Assembly (NCBI GenBank): GCA_963835065.1
Contig: CAWIEK010000071.1
Span: forward strand, 1-56,068
Length of the DNA stretch: 56,068 bases
Source of the DNA: an uncultured Chthonomonadaceae bacterium
Lineage (GTDB): Bacteria > Armatimonadota > Chthonomonadetes > Chthonomonadales > Chthonomonadaceae
Reading direction: 5' to 3'
Position numbers and translations under genes: made by a program. The first letter of the stretch is position 1. Each line of letters opens with the position of its first letter. Below the pieces are notes generated by a model. That model saw only the letters and a program-made list of their open reading frames with translations. It had not been told where the DNA came from and searched no databases. This document shows, piece after piece, positions 8,972 through 18,282 of the stretch.

Positions 8972-11723
8972 GATGAGTATGCTTCGCGATACGGACGTAT
9001 CTTATGACCCTTTTGCGCTTGTGACGGAGGCTCCCGAAGCCTCGCGCCTTTCCCAACGCCTCTTCGCCATCGGCCTGGCGGGAACCGTCTGGCTTGGCGT
9101 GATGATCGCGGTGTACCTGCAGTTCGCCGCGTTTGTCACCGTTGGGCCGAAAAACGTGTCGCCTGCTATGCAGACGTCCTTCACTCTATGGGGCCGCTTA
9201 TGCTATCGTCCTGAGCGCGATATTCCCATTTACGCGCTTGGCTGCCTGTTTGCCCTGCTGCTCAGTCTGGGCATGGCGCGTTTGTGGCTGAAACGGTTCG
9301 CGGCAGGGGAGGCTTTTCCGACGCGCAGTTCCGTTTCCGAGGCTGCCCTGGCTTCCAATGTTACCTTCAGCCTGGTTTTAGGCCTGGCCGCGACCCTCCT
9401 CAACCCCATCTGGCTGCTCGGCATACACTTTTTTGTCACCCGAAAACTGCGGCTTCATTACCTTGTGGAATTAGGACTGCTGGTTCCTCTCGCCGCCGGC
9501 GAATTGACGCTTTTCCTGCGCAGCCTCAACGCCCACACACAGATTTCCCTCCCGCGTCTCACGAACAGGCTGAAAAACGCGCTTGCTCAAGAGAGCGCTG
9601 CCAACGCGACGCCTCGTGAAAGTGGCCGCGTTCCTTCCATTCCGCCGGTTCGCCGGAGGTGGCGGGATGCCATCGCCTTGCTGATCATCGGCTTCCTGGC
9701 GTACATTCCGCGCCCCGACATTCTGGCCGGCAACATCTACCAGTCCGAACACTTCCACCATTGGGACTATTTCGCAATGGCTCCGGCTGTAGGCTACCTG
9801 CATGGCAAGGCGCTTTGTACGGAAATCTACTCGCAGTACGGCATCGGCTGGCCTTTGCTTTTCGCCAAACTCGACCCTATTTACCGCTTGAGTTACGGAC
9901 ACCTGATCCAATTTGCGAACGTGTATGGCTGCCTGTATTTCGGGGGCGTGTATCTGTTTTTCCGGGTTCTGCTCGGCAGCCGCCGGTGGGCGCTCGGCGG
10001 CGCGCTGCTGACGATGTATTACAAATTGGTGGCCTGGCCGGGGCCTTCCATGATCGCCTGGCAACTGCCTTCCATTACCATCATGCGTTCCCCATTCGAC
10101 ATCTGGTTTCTGCTGGCGCTCCTGCTGCATCAGCGGCAGAAACAAGCGCGGTGGCTGCTGACAGCCGGGACGCTCACGGGTTTAGCCCTGCTTTTTGAGA
10201 CGGATACCGGCATTTACATCACCTTTACCTTCGCCGTTTATTGCGTTCTCCATCTGTTTCAATATTCGCGGCGGCAATCTTTCGCGCTCCAGAACGCGCA
10301 GCATGTTTCTCCGCTGCAAGACGCGCAGCGCGTTTCTTCCTTGCGAGACTCGCGTGACGTTCCCATGCCGCAAAATGGGCGCGATGTTTCTGCGGGGCGA
10401 GTTTCGCGGGATGTTTCTCCCCTTGCAGCCATCGGAGCGGCCTGGCTTCTGGCGGGCGGGGCGCTGTTGTCCGGCATGGCGTTGGCGAGTCGGGGTACGC
10501 TGTTGTCCGGCGCTTTCTGGCGCGGCTGGATCGAATGTTTTACCCTGTACCCATCCGGCATGAGCATGACTCCCGTTGCCGACGTACCCGATAATGTCAA
10601 GTACGGGATGCTCATGATCGGGACTTTCTTATTCGCCCTTAGTTATTCTTTCCTGCGCTACCTGCTGCCCTTGCTGCGGCGTGACCGTACCCCTGACAGC
10701 CTCCCTGAAGCGCCTTCCGGTTTCGACCTGCTGATGATATGCGTGGCGTTGTACGGAACCTGCACGATGCTGCATTTCATCGGGCGCTCCAATCCGCCCA
10801 ATCTGCTTGTCAGCGCGCTTGGGTTTTGCCTGCTGACCGTGTATGCCCTGTACAAAGTTTCGCGCTCGGATCGGGCGTGTTTTTACGCCGCGCAAATTCT
10901 CGTGCCTATCCTGCTGTACAAAATCTTTCGCCTGCCCAACACGCCGCATGTGATTTCCATCGCGCTTGTCGCGCTATTGTGCTATCTTTTCCATAAGCAC
11001 GGGTTCTTGCAGGGCTTCGATTATGCCCGCAGCCGACCGTCGAAGGCCGTGAAACAATCCCTTGCCAACGCCCTGCTGCTGCTGTTGTTTTGTTACGGCG
11101 TGGCAAATTCCTGTTATCTGCACTACCCAAATCTGCCCTATACGCTGATGACGGGGGCGCGGACTGAGCATTACACGCAGTTGTATGAGCGAGCGCCAAC
11201 GGCAAAGATTGAAAACGAAGGGCTTTTCCGCCTGAACCGTTTGTACTATCCTTTGTCCGATGGTCCGCCGATTGCCCTATATCCCGGCAGTGACGTGGTT
11301 CTGCCGCAGGAAATGCGCGAAACCGTCGAGCAGTTCAACAACGTAGTCGGGGAAATGCGCCGACTTTCCGCGCAGCATAAGCGCATCGCCGTAATCGCCA
11401 ATGACGATACGGCGTACTATCTTGCCGCCGATGTGCCCCTGTGGAACAAGTATTCGCCCCTGCTTCCCAATCTCCTGATGAAGAAGCAGCTGGAACGTAT
11501 GCAGCAGTTGCTTGCGGCGGACGGCACGGACTATGTGTTCATAACGCCCTTTGACGCTTCGGAAACGTTTGTTTCCTGGTTCGCCATTTCCAGTACCGAC
11601 ACCTGGGCCGCGCTGTATATGACCGCGCGCTCCCATTACACCTTCGATCATCAGTGCGGAGCCTTCGATGTTTACCGCCGAGAAGGAACCGAGAGGAAGA
11701 GCAGTAATGCGCCGCCGCAGTAA
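8972..11723 (+). CDS. Large polytopic membrane protein, probable GT-C-type glycosyltransferase
   Basis: Many TM segments, EHFHHWDYF..P...SQYG loop motif, C-terminal soluble domain and glycosylation-locus context. The start is uncertain (8868-8978). Confidence 0.6.
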
Positions 11724-11805
11724 TGCGCCGAAAGGGAAAACCTTCCGCGCGGCGGAGGACGCGGCGCGTATTGGATACTGGAAAGATTGAAGGAGAAGAT
11801 CGAAA

Positions 11806-12714
11806 ATGCAGTTGAAAATGTGTCCCCGCTCCTGTCCCGTGTGTGGTTCTACGGACACATCTCAGGTATTTGCCGAAGAGGATTTTGACCCGGAAGCGTG
11901 GGGCAGCCTGGCCTTTGCTTCCCGCAAGCCCCCGGAGTACATGCACTACCGCCTGATTTCCTGTCGAACCTGCGACCTGCTGTACGCCAACCCGGTTCCC
12001 GACCTGCCGACGCTGGCGCACGCTTACGATGAAGCGGCCTTCGACAGCGGCGAGGAAGCGGCTTTCGCCGCCCATACCTACGCTTCGTTCCTGCCCGGCA
12101 TTTGCAAAAGTCTGCCGGATTTGAAGGGCGCGCTGGACATTGGAACGGGCGACGGCGCGTTCATGGAAGAACTGCTGAAGCACAACTTTACCGATGTGGC
12201 GGGCGTCGAGCCTTCCGCCGCGCCGATTGCGGCGGCAAAGGAACACATTCGCCCGCTCATCCGTCACGGGCTGTTTCGCCCGGAAGATTTTTCCGAGGAG
12301 CGCTTCCGGCTGATTACCTGCTTCCAGACCATCGAGCATTTGTACGAGCCGCTTGCGGTGTGCCGGGACGCTTACGGCCTGCTGAAAGAGCAGGGCGCCT
12401 TGTTTTTGATTTGCCACAACCGCAAGGGATTTGTCAACCGCGCGCTCAAATTCAAGTCGCCTATCATGGACATCGAGCATTTGCAGTTGTTTTCCCCGCA
12501 AAGCGCCCAGCGGCTGTTAAGCGAGGCCGGGTTCAAGAATATCGTCGTCAAGCCTGTCATCAACCGCTATCCGCTGCGTTACTGGATGCGCCTGTTTCCC
12601 TGGCCGAAATCCATGAAGGATAAAATTGTCAAGAACGTGGCGCAATCCAAATTGGGATCGCTTCCTGTCGCGCTTCCAGTCGGTAATCTGGCCGTAATCG
12701 GATACAAAGTTTGA
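11806..12714 (+). CDS. Class I SAM-dependent methyltransferase with N-terminal Zn ribbon
   Basis: CPVC..CRTC, LDIGTGDG, GVEPS and FQTIEHL. Confidence 0.88.
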   Translation: MQLKMCPRSCPVCGSTDTSQVFAEEDFDPEAWGSLAFASRKPPEYMHYRLISCRTCDLLYANPVPDLPTLAHAYDEAAFDSGEEAAFAAHTYASFLPGICKSLPDLKGALDIGTGDGAFMEELLKHNFTDVAGVEPSAAPIAAAKEHIRPLIRHGLFRPEDFSEERFRLITCFQTIEHLYEPLAVCRDAYGLLKEQGALFLICHNRKGFVNRALKFKSPIMDIEHLQLFSPQSAQRLLSEAGFKNIVVKPVINRYPLRYWMRLFPWPKSMKDKIVKNVAQSKLGSLPVALPVGNLAVIGYKV

Positions 12715-12765
12715 TATGGAAGCAAAAAACATGAAGCAGAAAAATATAACGCGGAAAAATAGCGC

Positions 12766-14730
12766 ATGACGGATTTGATGTTGAAAATTGCCCGACTGCA
12801 GGGGCCGATCCTTGTTTTGGGCGCGAGCGGGTTTGTGGGCGCGAACATTTTTCGGACGCTGTTGGCTGTCCGCAAAGATGTCTTCGGCACGGCTACGCAC
12901 ATGCCGACGTGGCGGCTGGAAGAACTGGCGGAAGACCATGTCCGCGTCACCGATTTGCTTGTAGACAGCAATCTCGACGCCCTGCTCGACGACATACGCC
13001 CGCGCACTATCTTCAACTGCATCGCATACGGCGCGTATTCCTTTGAAACCGATGGCGCGTTGATCTACCAGACGAATTTTAACATGACCGCCAAACTGGT
13101 GGCGCGGCTGGCGAAGCGCAGCATTGCCTGCTACGTCCATGCGGGCAGCAGTTCCGAGTATGGCGACCATGCGAGCGGGCCGGACGAAGAGGAACTCCCC
13201 GAACCCAACAGCGATTACTCGGTTTCCAAAGTGGCCTGCGCCAATCTCCTGCGCTATTATGGCTCCCACTACAAACTGCCGTGCGCCAACCTGCGCCTGT
13301 ACTCCGTTTATGGGCCGATGGAAGACAGTTCTCGCCTCCTCCCCACGCTGATTAAAAACGGCCTGGACGGGCATTATCCTGAATTCGTGCGCCCCGATAT
13401 TTCGCGCGACTTTGTGTACGTGGACGACGTGACCGAAGCGTTCGTGGATACCGCTCTGAACCTGCGCGAACAGGATTATGGCGAGTCGTTCAACATCGGC
13501 AGCGGCTGCAAAACCACGATTGCCGACATCGCGCAGATCGCCAAAAAGGTGTTCGACATTCAGGAAGAGCCGGTTTTCAAAGCCGAAGCGCGGGCGTGGG
13601 ACGTGTCGGACTGGTACGCGAACCCAAGCCGCGCCAAAGAGCGCCTGGGCTGGCAGGCCACGACGCGCTTTGAAGACGGTCTGCTAAAAATGATCGCCTG
13701 GTACAAGGGGATTGAAAACAAGGAGCGCTACCACCACTCGTCCAAAAAGTTCGGGCTGGACACCAAGTACAGCGTGAGCGCGATTGTGGCCTGCTACAAG
13801 GATGGGCAGGCGATTCCCATCATGGTGGGGCGCTTAAAGGAAACATTCGAGAAACTGCGCATCGAATACGAGATCATTCTGGTCAACGATTGCAGCCCCG
13901 ACGACAGCGAGGAAGTGATACGGGGCATCACGCGCAATGACCGGCACGTAATCGGCATTTCCCATTCCCGCAATTTCGGTTCGCAGGCGGCCTTTCGCAG
14001 CGGCATGGAAATCATGACGAAAAACGCGGCTGTGCTGCTGGATGGCGACCTTCAGGATCCCCCCGAAATCATTGCAGAGTTTGTGGAGAAGTGGCGCGAA
14101 GGCTATGATGTGGTTTATGGAAGGCGGGTAAAGCGGGAGGCCACGTTCCTGATGCAGGTCGCGTACAAAACGTTTTACCGCCTGTTCGACAAATTTTCCT
14201 ATCTGTCCATTCCTCATGACGCGGGCGATTTTTCCCTGATGGATCGCCGCGTGGTGCAGAACATGCTGCAATTCCCGGAGCGCGACTTGTTTTTGCGCGG
14301 CGTACGCGCGTTTGTCGGCTTCAAACAGATCGGCGTGGATTATAAGCGCCCGGAGCGGATGTTCGGCAGAACCACCAACAGCCTGGGCAAAAACATCGGC
14401 TGGGCTAAAAAGGGTATCTTATCTTACAGCAACACGCCCCTGACGATGCTGAGTTACTTCGGCACGGCCCTGTTCGGGATCGCTCTGGTTCTGGCCGCGC
14501 TGCAAGGGGTGTCCAAATTACTGTTCCCGTCTTCCGCGCCGCAGGGAATTACGACTGTACTCATCGTCGTCTTGTTCTTCGGAGCCGTGAACTTGTTCGC
14601 GTTGGGTATCATCGGGGAGTACATCGCGAAAATTTTTGAAGAAGTGAAGCAGCGCCCACACTTCATCCGCCGCAGCATCATCAAGGACGGCGATATTCGG
14701 GCGGCAAGCGACGTCTATGCTAAGGAGTGA
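12766..14730 (+). CDS. NAD-dependent epimerase/dehydratase fused to a GT2 polyprenol-phosphate glycosyltransferase
   Basis: N-terminus has GASGFVG, GSSSEYG, YSVSK and RDFVYVDD. C-terminus has VNDCSPD, SRNFGSQAA, DGDLQDPPE, GDFSLMDR and two TM helices ending GEYIAKIFEEVKQRP. Confidence 0.9.
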   Translation: MTDLMLKIARLQGPILVLGASGFVGANIFRTLLAVRKDVFGTATHMPTWRLEELAEDHVRVTDLLVDSNLDALLDDIRPRTIFNCIAYGAYSFETDGALIYQTNFNMTAKLVARLAKRSIACYVHAGSSSEYGDHASGPDEEELPEPNSDYSVSKVACANLLRYYGSHYKLPCANLRLYSVYGPMEDSSRLLPTLIKNGLDGHYPEFVRPDISRDFVYVDDVTEAFVDTALNLREQDYGESFNIGSGCKTTIADIAQIAKKVFDIQEEPVFKAEARAWDVSDWYANPSRAKERLGWQATTRFEDGLLKMIAWYKGIENKERYHHSSKKFGLDTKYSVSAIVACYKDGQAIPIMVGRLKETFEKLRIEYEIILVNDCSPDDSEEVIRGITRNDRHVIGISHSRNFGSQAAFRSGMEIMTKNAAVLLDGDLQDPPEIIAEFVEKWREGYDVVYGRRVKREATFLMQVAYKTFYRLFDKFSYLSIPHDAGDFSLMDRRVVQNMLQFPERDLFLRGVRAFVGFKQIGVDYKRPERMFGRTTNSLGKNIGWAKKGILSYSNTPLTMLSYFGTALFGIALVLAALQGVSKLLFPSSAPQGITTVLIVVLFFGAVNLFALGIIGEYIAKIFEEVKQRPHFIRRSIIKDGDIRAASDVYAKE

Positions 14731-14859
14731 TGAATGATGAATGATGAGTGATGAATAAAACGCTCTATTCTTCTCTGGCTGAAAATATTGGAAACTACAT
14801 GTCCTTCATTCATCATTCATCATTCATCACTCATCATTAGTGTCAAAGGAGCATTTCGC

Positions 14860-16551
14860 ATGGCTGTCACCGCGCAGGCTTCCCCGGTTGGTTCGGCTCG
14901 CAAGCCGCAGCCGCGTCATGGGGGGGTGATTGGGGCCGGCCTGTTGGCATTGCTGGCGCTGTGCTTTGTGCTGCTGCTGCACACGCGGCATGAGCCGCTG
15001 GAAAACAACATGCCGCAGTACGCGCTGATGGGGCATGAGATACTCGGCGGACGTCTGCTGTACACGGATATTTTCGACCAAAAGCCGCCGGCCATTTACG
15101 GAACCTACATGCTGGCGGAGATGGCGTTTGGATATAACCGCGACACCATTTTCTATTTGGAACTTATCGGCGTGGGGATTACGCTGCTCGGCGTGTACAA
15201 GGCCGGCGCGTCCCTGTTTGAAGATCGGCGTTGGGGATTATGGGGGGCTGCCGGGTACGCGCTTGCCTGCGGCGACATCGCCATTGAAGCCAATCAGCCC
15301 AATGCCGAAGTGTTCATTTCCGCTTGTTTGGTGTGGGGATTTGCGCTGCTTATCGGCGGAAAGCCTAAAGTCGCCACGTTTTTACCGGCATCGGCGGCTG
15401 GACTGCTGTTCGCGCTGGCAACGCTGTACAAGCCGAATGTCGTGGTTGTGCCCCTGCTGTTGATGACAGTTTATGTGGCTTTTCCACCCGGCGGCGCGGG
15501 CAATCGGCGGACTGCATTGCGCATGGCGCTGTGGATTGTGAGCCTGATTGCCCTCGCGTGGGCGGGCGTGTGCCTGTACTTCGCCGCGCATGGCCGGTTT
15601 GCCGACTTTTATTACGCGGTTGTCACGTACAATCAGGCGTATGCCGGCAGCCTGACCAAGAACCTGCTTACCGGCCTGCACCGCAGCCGTTGGGATGCCC
15701 GCTTTTTCCGCCTGTTTACCCTGTGCGGACTTGCCACTTTTCCCCTCGGCCTGCTGTCATGGAAATCCCCCGCCCGTTCCGCGTGGCTGCTGCTCTGGGC
15801 GTTCACGCTCGGCGCGTACATCGCCGTGATTTTGCCGGGACAGTATTTAAGTTACTATTATGTACTGCTGCTGCCGCCGCTGATGGTCGGCCTCAGTTGG
15901 GCGGGCGGCACACTGGCGCAAGCCCGCCCGCCGCAAACGCGGTATGCGGCGCTGGTTCTGGGAATTGCCTGCGTGGGCTTAATCGCGTGGCGCGAGTTGA
16001 AGTTTCAGCGCCAAAGCGTGGCCGAACTTTCTGTCAAAAAATACTCCAACGACATTTTTGTCCGCGCCGATGCGGTTGCGCATACTATCAACACGCTGCT
16101 GCTGCCCGAAGAAATTTTCTACGATGCGTCCACGAACCCGGAATTGTACTTCACGAGCAAGCGTCCCCTGCAGGCGGGCGTGTTCTATTCTGTGGCAACC
16201 GTGAAGGGACCCCGCGCTGAAGCATTTGCCGACAAGATTATCGCGTCCCTGGAGCGCCATCCTCCCGAACTCATCAGCCTGCGCGAGGGGTACTACATGA
16301 CGCCCCCCGATGACCGCAATCCGCGCATTTACGCCTGGATACGACAACGCTATGTTCCCCTGCCGTCGCAGTATCAGATAGAGCCGTTTGTGCTGCTGAT
16401 GCGGCGTGACGGCGTTTTGTCCCGGCGTCTGCCTGTCGCGCCAACGGTTTCGCAAACGCCGCCCTCCGCCCCAACGCAGAAGAACACTGTGAAGCCGAAG
16501 CCAACAACCAGGGCCGGCGCCTCTAAACGAGAAAAGAAAAAGAGTATGTAG
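14860..16551 (+). CDS. ArnT/PMT-like (GT-C) membrane glycosyltransferase
   Basis: LYTDIFDQKPP, NAEVF and AGLLFALATLYK motifs, many TMs, and AAGGAG before the ATG at 14860. Confidence 0.8.
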   Translation: MAVTAQASPVGSARKPQPRHGGVIGAGLLALLALCFVLLLHTRHEPLENNMPQYALMGHEILGGRLLYTDIFDQKPPAIYGTYMLAEMAFGYNRDTIFYLELIGVGITLLGVYKAGASLFEDRRWGLWGAAGYALACGDIAIEANQPNAEVFISACLVWGFALLIGGKPKVATFLPASAAGLLFALATLYKPNVVVVPLLLMTVYVAFPPGGAGNRRTALRMALWIVSLIALAWAGVCLYFAAHGRFADFYYAVVTYNQAYAGSLTKNLLTGLHRSRWDARFFRLFTLCGLATFPLGLLSWKSPARSAWLLLWAFTLGAYIAVILPGQYLSYYYVLLLPPLMVGLSWAGGTLAQARPPQTRYAALVLGIACVGLIAWRELKFQRQSVAELSVKKYSNDIFVRADAVAHTINTLLLPEEIFYDASTNPELYFTSKRPLQAGVFYSVATVKGPRAEAFADKIIASLERHPPELISLREGYYMTPPDDRNPRIYAWIRQRYVPLPSQYQIEPFVLLMRRDGVLSRRLPVAPTVSQTPPSAPTQKNTVKPKPTTRAGASKREKKKSM

Positions 16552-16785
16552 AGAGATCGTCGAAATCTTGGCAATGCAGCGCTTCCAGCCCGATGTCTCG
16601 TTGTGTCTGGTTGTAGAAGAGAGGCGTCGCGACCTCGTAAGCGTCAGGGCGAACGGGGAGAGGGTACAGGCATCTTCCAGCACCTCCTTTCCTGAGTTGA
16701 TAGTTGATAGTTGATAGTTGAGAGGAACTCCGAACTTCAACGTCCCGCCACCTGGCTGATGAGCCTGTCTAGTTAGTAGACGTGT
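16531..16785 (-). ncRNA. Putative structured RNA, copy 1
   Basis: Homologous to 43317-43550 with a 57-bp identical block (16558-16614 = 43343-43399). It has a conserved upstream promoter, 5'/3' complementarity and a U-rich 3' end. Boundaries are approximate. Confidence 0.5.
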
Positions 16786-16791
16786 GTATAC

Positions 16792-16822
16792 TTAGACGAG
16801 GCAGATGCAGAGAAGGTTCATT
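16792..16822 (-). promoter_or_regulatory. ECF-sigma-type promoter GAACC-N16-CGTCTAA
   Basis: Both boxes and the 16-nt spacing are identical in copy 2 while the spacer sequence differs. Confidence 0.65.
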
Positions 16823-17044
16823 CGTTGCTGCTATTTGTGCAGATATTTTTCTACTCTTTTGCGCGTTCTTTTTGGATTGGGCAGCCGGGAGGAAGGAGCA
16901 GGCGCAGGACAGGGACGAATGACCTACGATGGGATACGTGTTGAGCATTTTAGATGCGCCGACCCTGAGCCAACAACAAAAAAAGCCCCTGCCCGTCACT
17001 AACAGGTATACTAGAATCAGTGTGACGCAAGGAGAGAACAAGAA

Positions 17045-17392
17045 ATGCTTTCGGAAGACCGCATAAAAGGCAGCTTTGGTATCGGCATCGGCATGTTGTT
17101 AGGTTTGTTGCGGCAATGGCTGTGGATGTCTCATTTTCCCCAGGCCGTTACCCTTCCTGTGTTCGTTGTTGCAACTATCGTCTTTACCGTTGGATGTATC
17201 TTTTACTCAAAAAGCAAGGGATTTTCACCCTATCTCGGATTGATCGGGGCGCTTTGGATTCCGGGACTGGTGGTATTGATTTTGCTGCCTGACCGCCGCG
17301 ACAATTTCATGAAGGAACTGCAGGAAGAACTCAACAAACGACGCGCCATGCGGCAAAACAGCGATGTGGAAGAAAACGCGAACGTTTCGTAA
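17045..17392 (+). CDS. Small membrane protein
   Basis: Three hydrophobic segments, SKGFSPYLGL..GLVVLILLPDR, and a GGAGAG RBS. Confidence 0.7.
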   Translation: MLSEDRIKGSFGIGIGMLLGLLRQWLWMSHFPQAVTLPVFVVATIVFTVGCIFYSKSKGFSPYLGLIGALWIPGLVVLILLPDRRDNFMKELQEELNKRRAMRQNSDVEENANVS

Positions 17393-17461
17393 TACATACG
17401 GGAATAGCCGGGAATTGAAAATTCCTGGCATCCAATTTTCGGCAACGGCAATTTGGATTTG

Positions 17462-18257
17462 TCACGCGCCGGTACCTTCTATACAAGCGCGGAGTTCCGG
17501 CGTAATCGGGCTAATGATGTATCCACCGGCTTTGTCGCCAATCACCATGCACCGCTCGCCATCGCCCCATCGCCAGTAATAGGCCGCCACATACGCGCAA
17601 ATCAATGCGTCCAGCAAGTCCTCGTACTGCTTCAAGGCCAATCCCTGCTTGTCTGCTGGCACACGTACCCAGTCGGGCGTAACAAGCATCGGGTCATTGT
17701 CTTTCAACCCTTCAATCCCTGCGACCAGACTTGCATACGCTTCCATGCGCGAAGTTGTGTCGCGGCCAGTCTTCGCCTTGTATTTCAGGGTGCGCGACAA
17801 TTGGAACAGAACCACATGGGCGGGGTGCGGAAACACTTCCAGACACCGCCGCGCATTTCGGTCCCCGGCTGCAAAATCGTAGCCGTTGTGAATGTTTAGC
17901 TCCGACTGCTAACCGCGCCGCCAAGCGCTCGCCGCGCACATCGTTGCGGAATCGCGTTCGATTGGCGGGATGCGCGCCCGCCTGATACTTACCGAAGCAA
18001 CGCCGCAGCATGGCTTCAACTGGCCGCTCCCCGGTCAGGTTCGGAACGTCGAGGGGCGCATCAATTCCTAATACAATTCCAGTTCCGGTATCTGACCGCC
18101 GCACAAAATTTAGAATATCCTCATCGGTCAGCAGCGCGTCTGCCCAATCGTCCACCACAAGCCGCGTTTGCAGTCCCTCCGGCGCATCCAACTTCAGCGT
18201 CACCGCGCCCGTCGTGTTCTTCGCTCCCCACGCCAGATCAATGCCGACAAAGCGCAA
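17462..18257 (-). CDS. DUF429-family (RNase H-like nuclease) protein, frameshift near 17906
   Basis: FVGIDLAWG and IDAPL in the first frame; EVFPHPAH and EDLLDALICAYVA in the second. Confidence 0.8.
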
Positions 18258-18282
18258 ATTCGTGTTCTCCTGAAAGGTTTGG

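Noticed and set aside
14788..14859. Track N-terminal extensions made of repeat peptides (14788, 49068, 49776, 54484)
   Set aside because: They are read-through of intergenic repeat arms; better RBS-linked starts lie downstream.
16574..16720. Plus-strand ORF MQRFQPDVSLCLVV in both copies of the element
   Set aside because: The frames diverge after 14 codons, there is no SD, and the conserved promoter points the other way.
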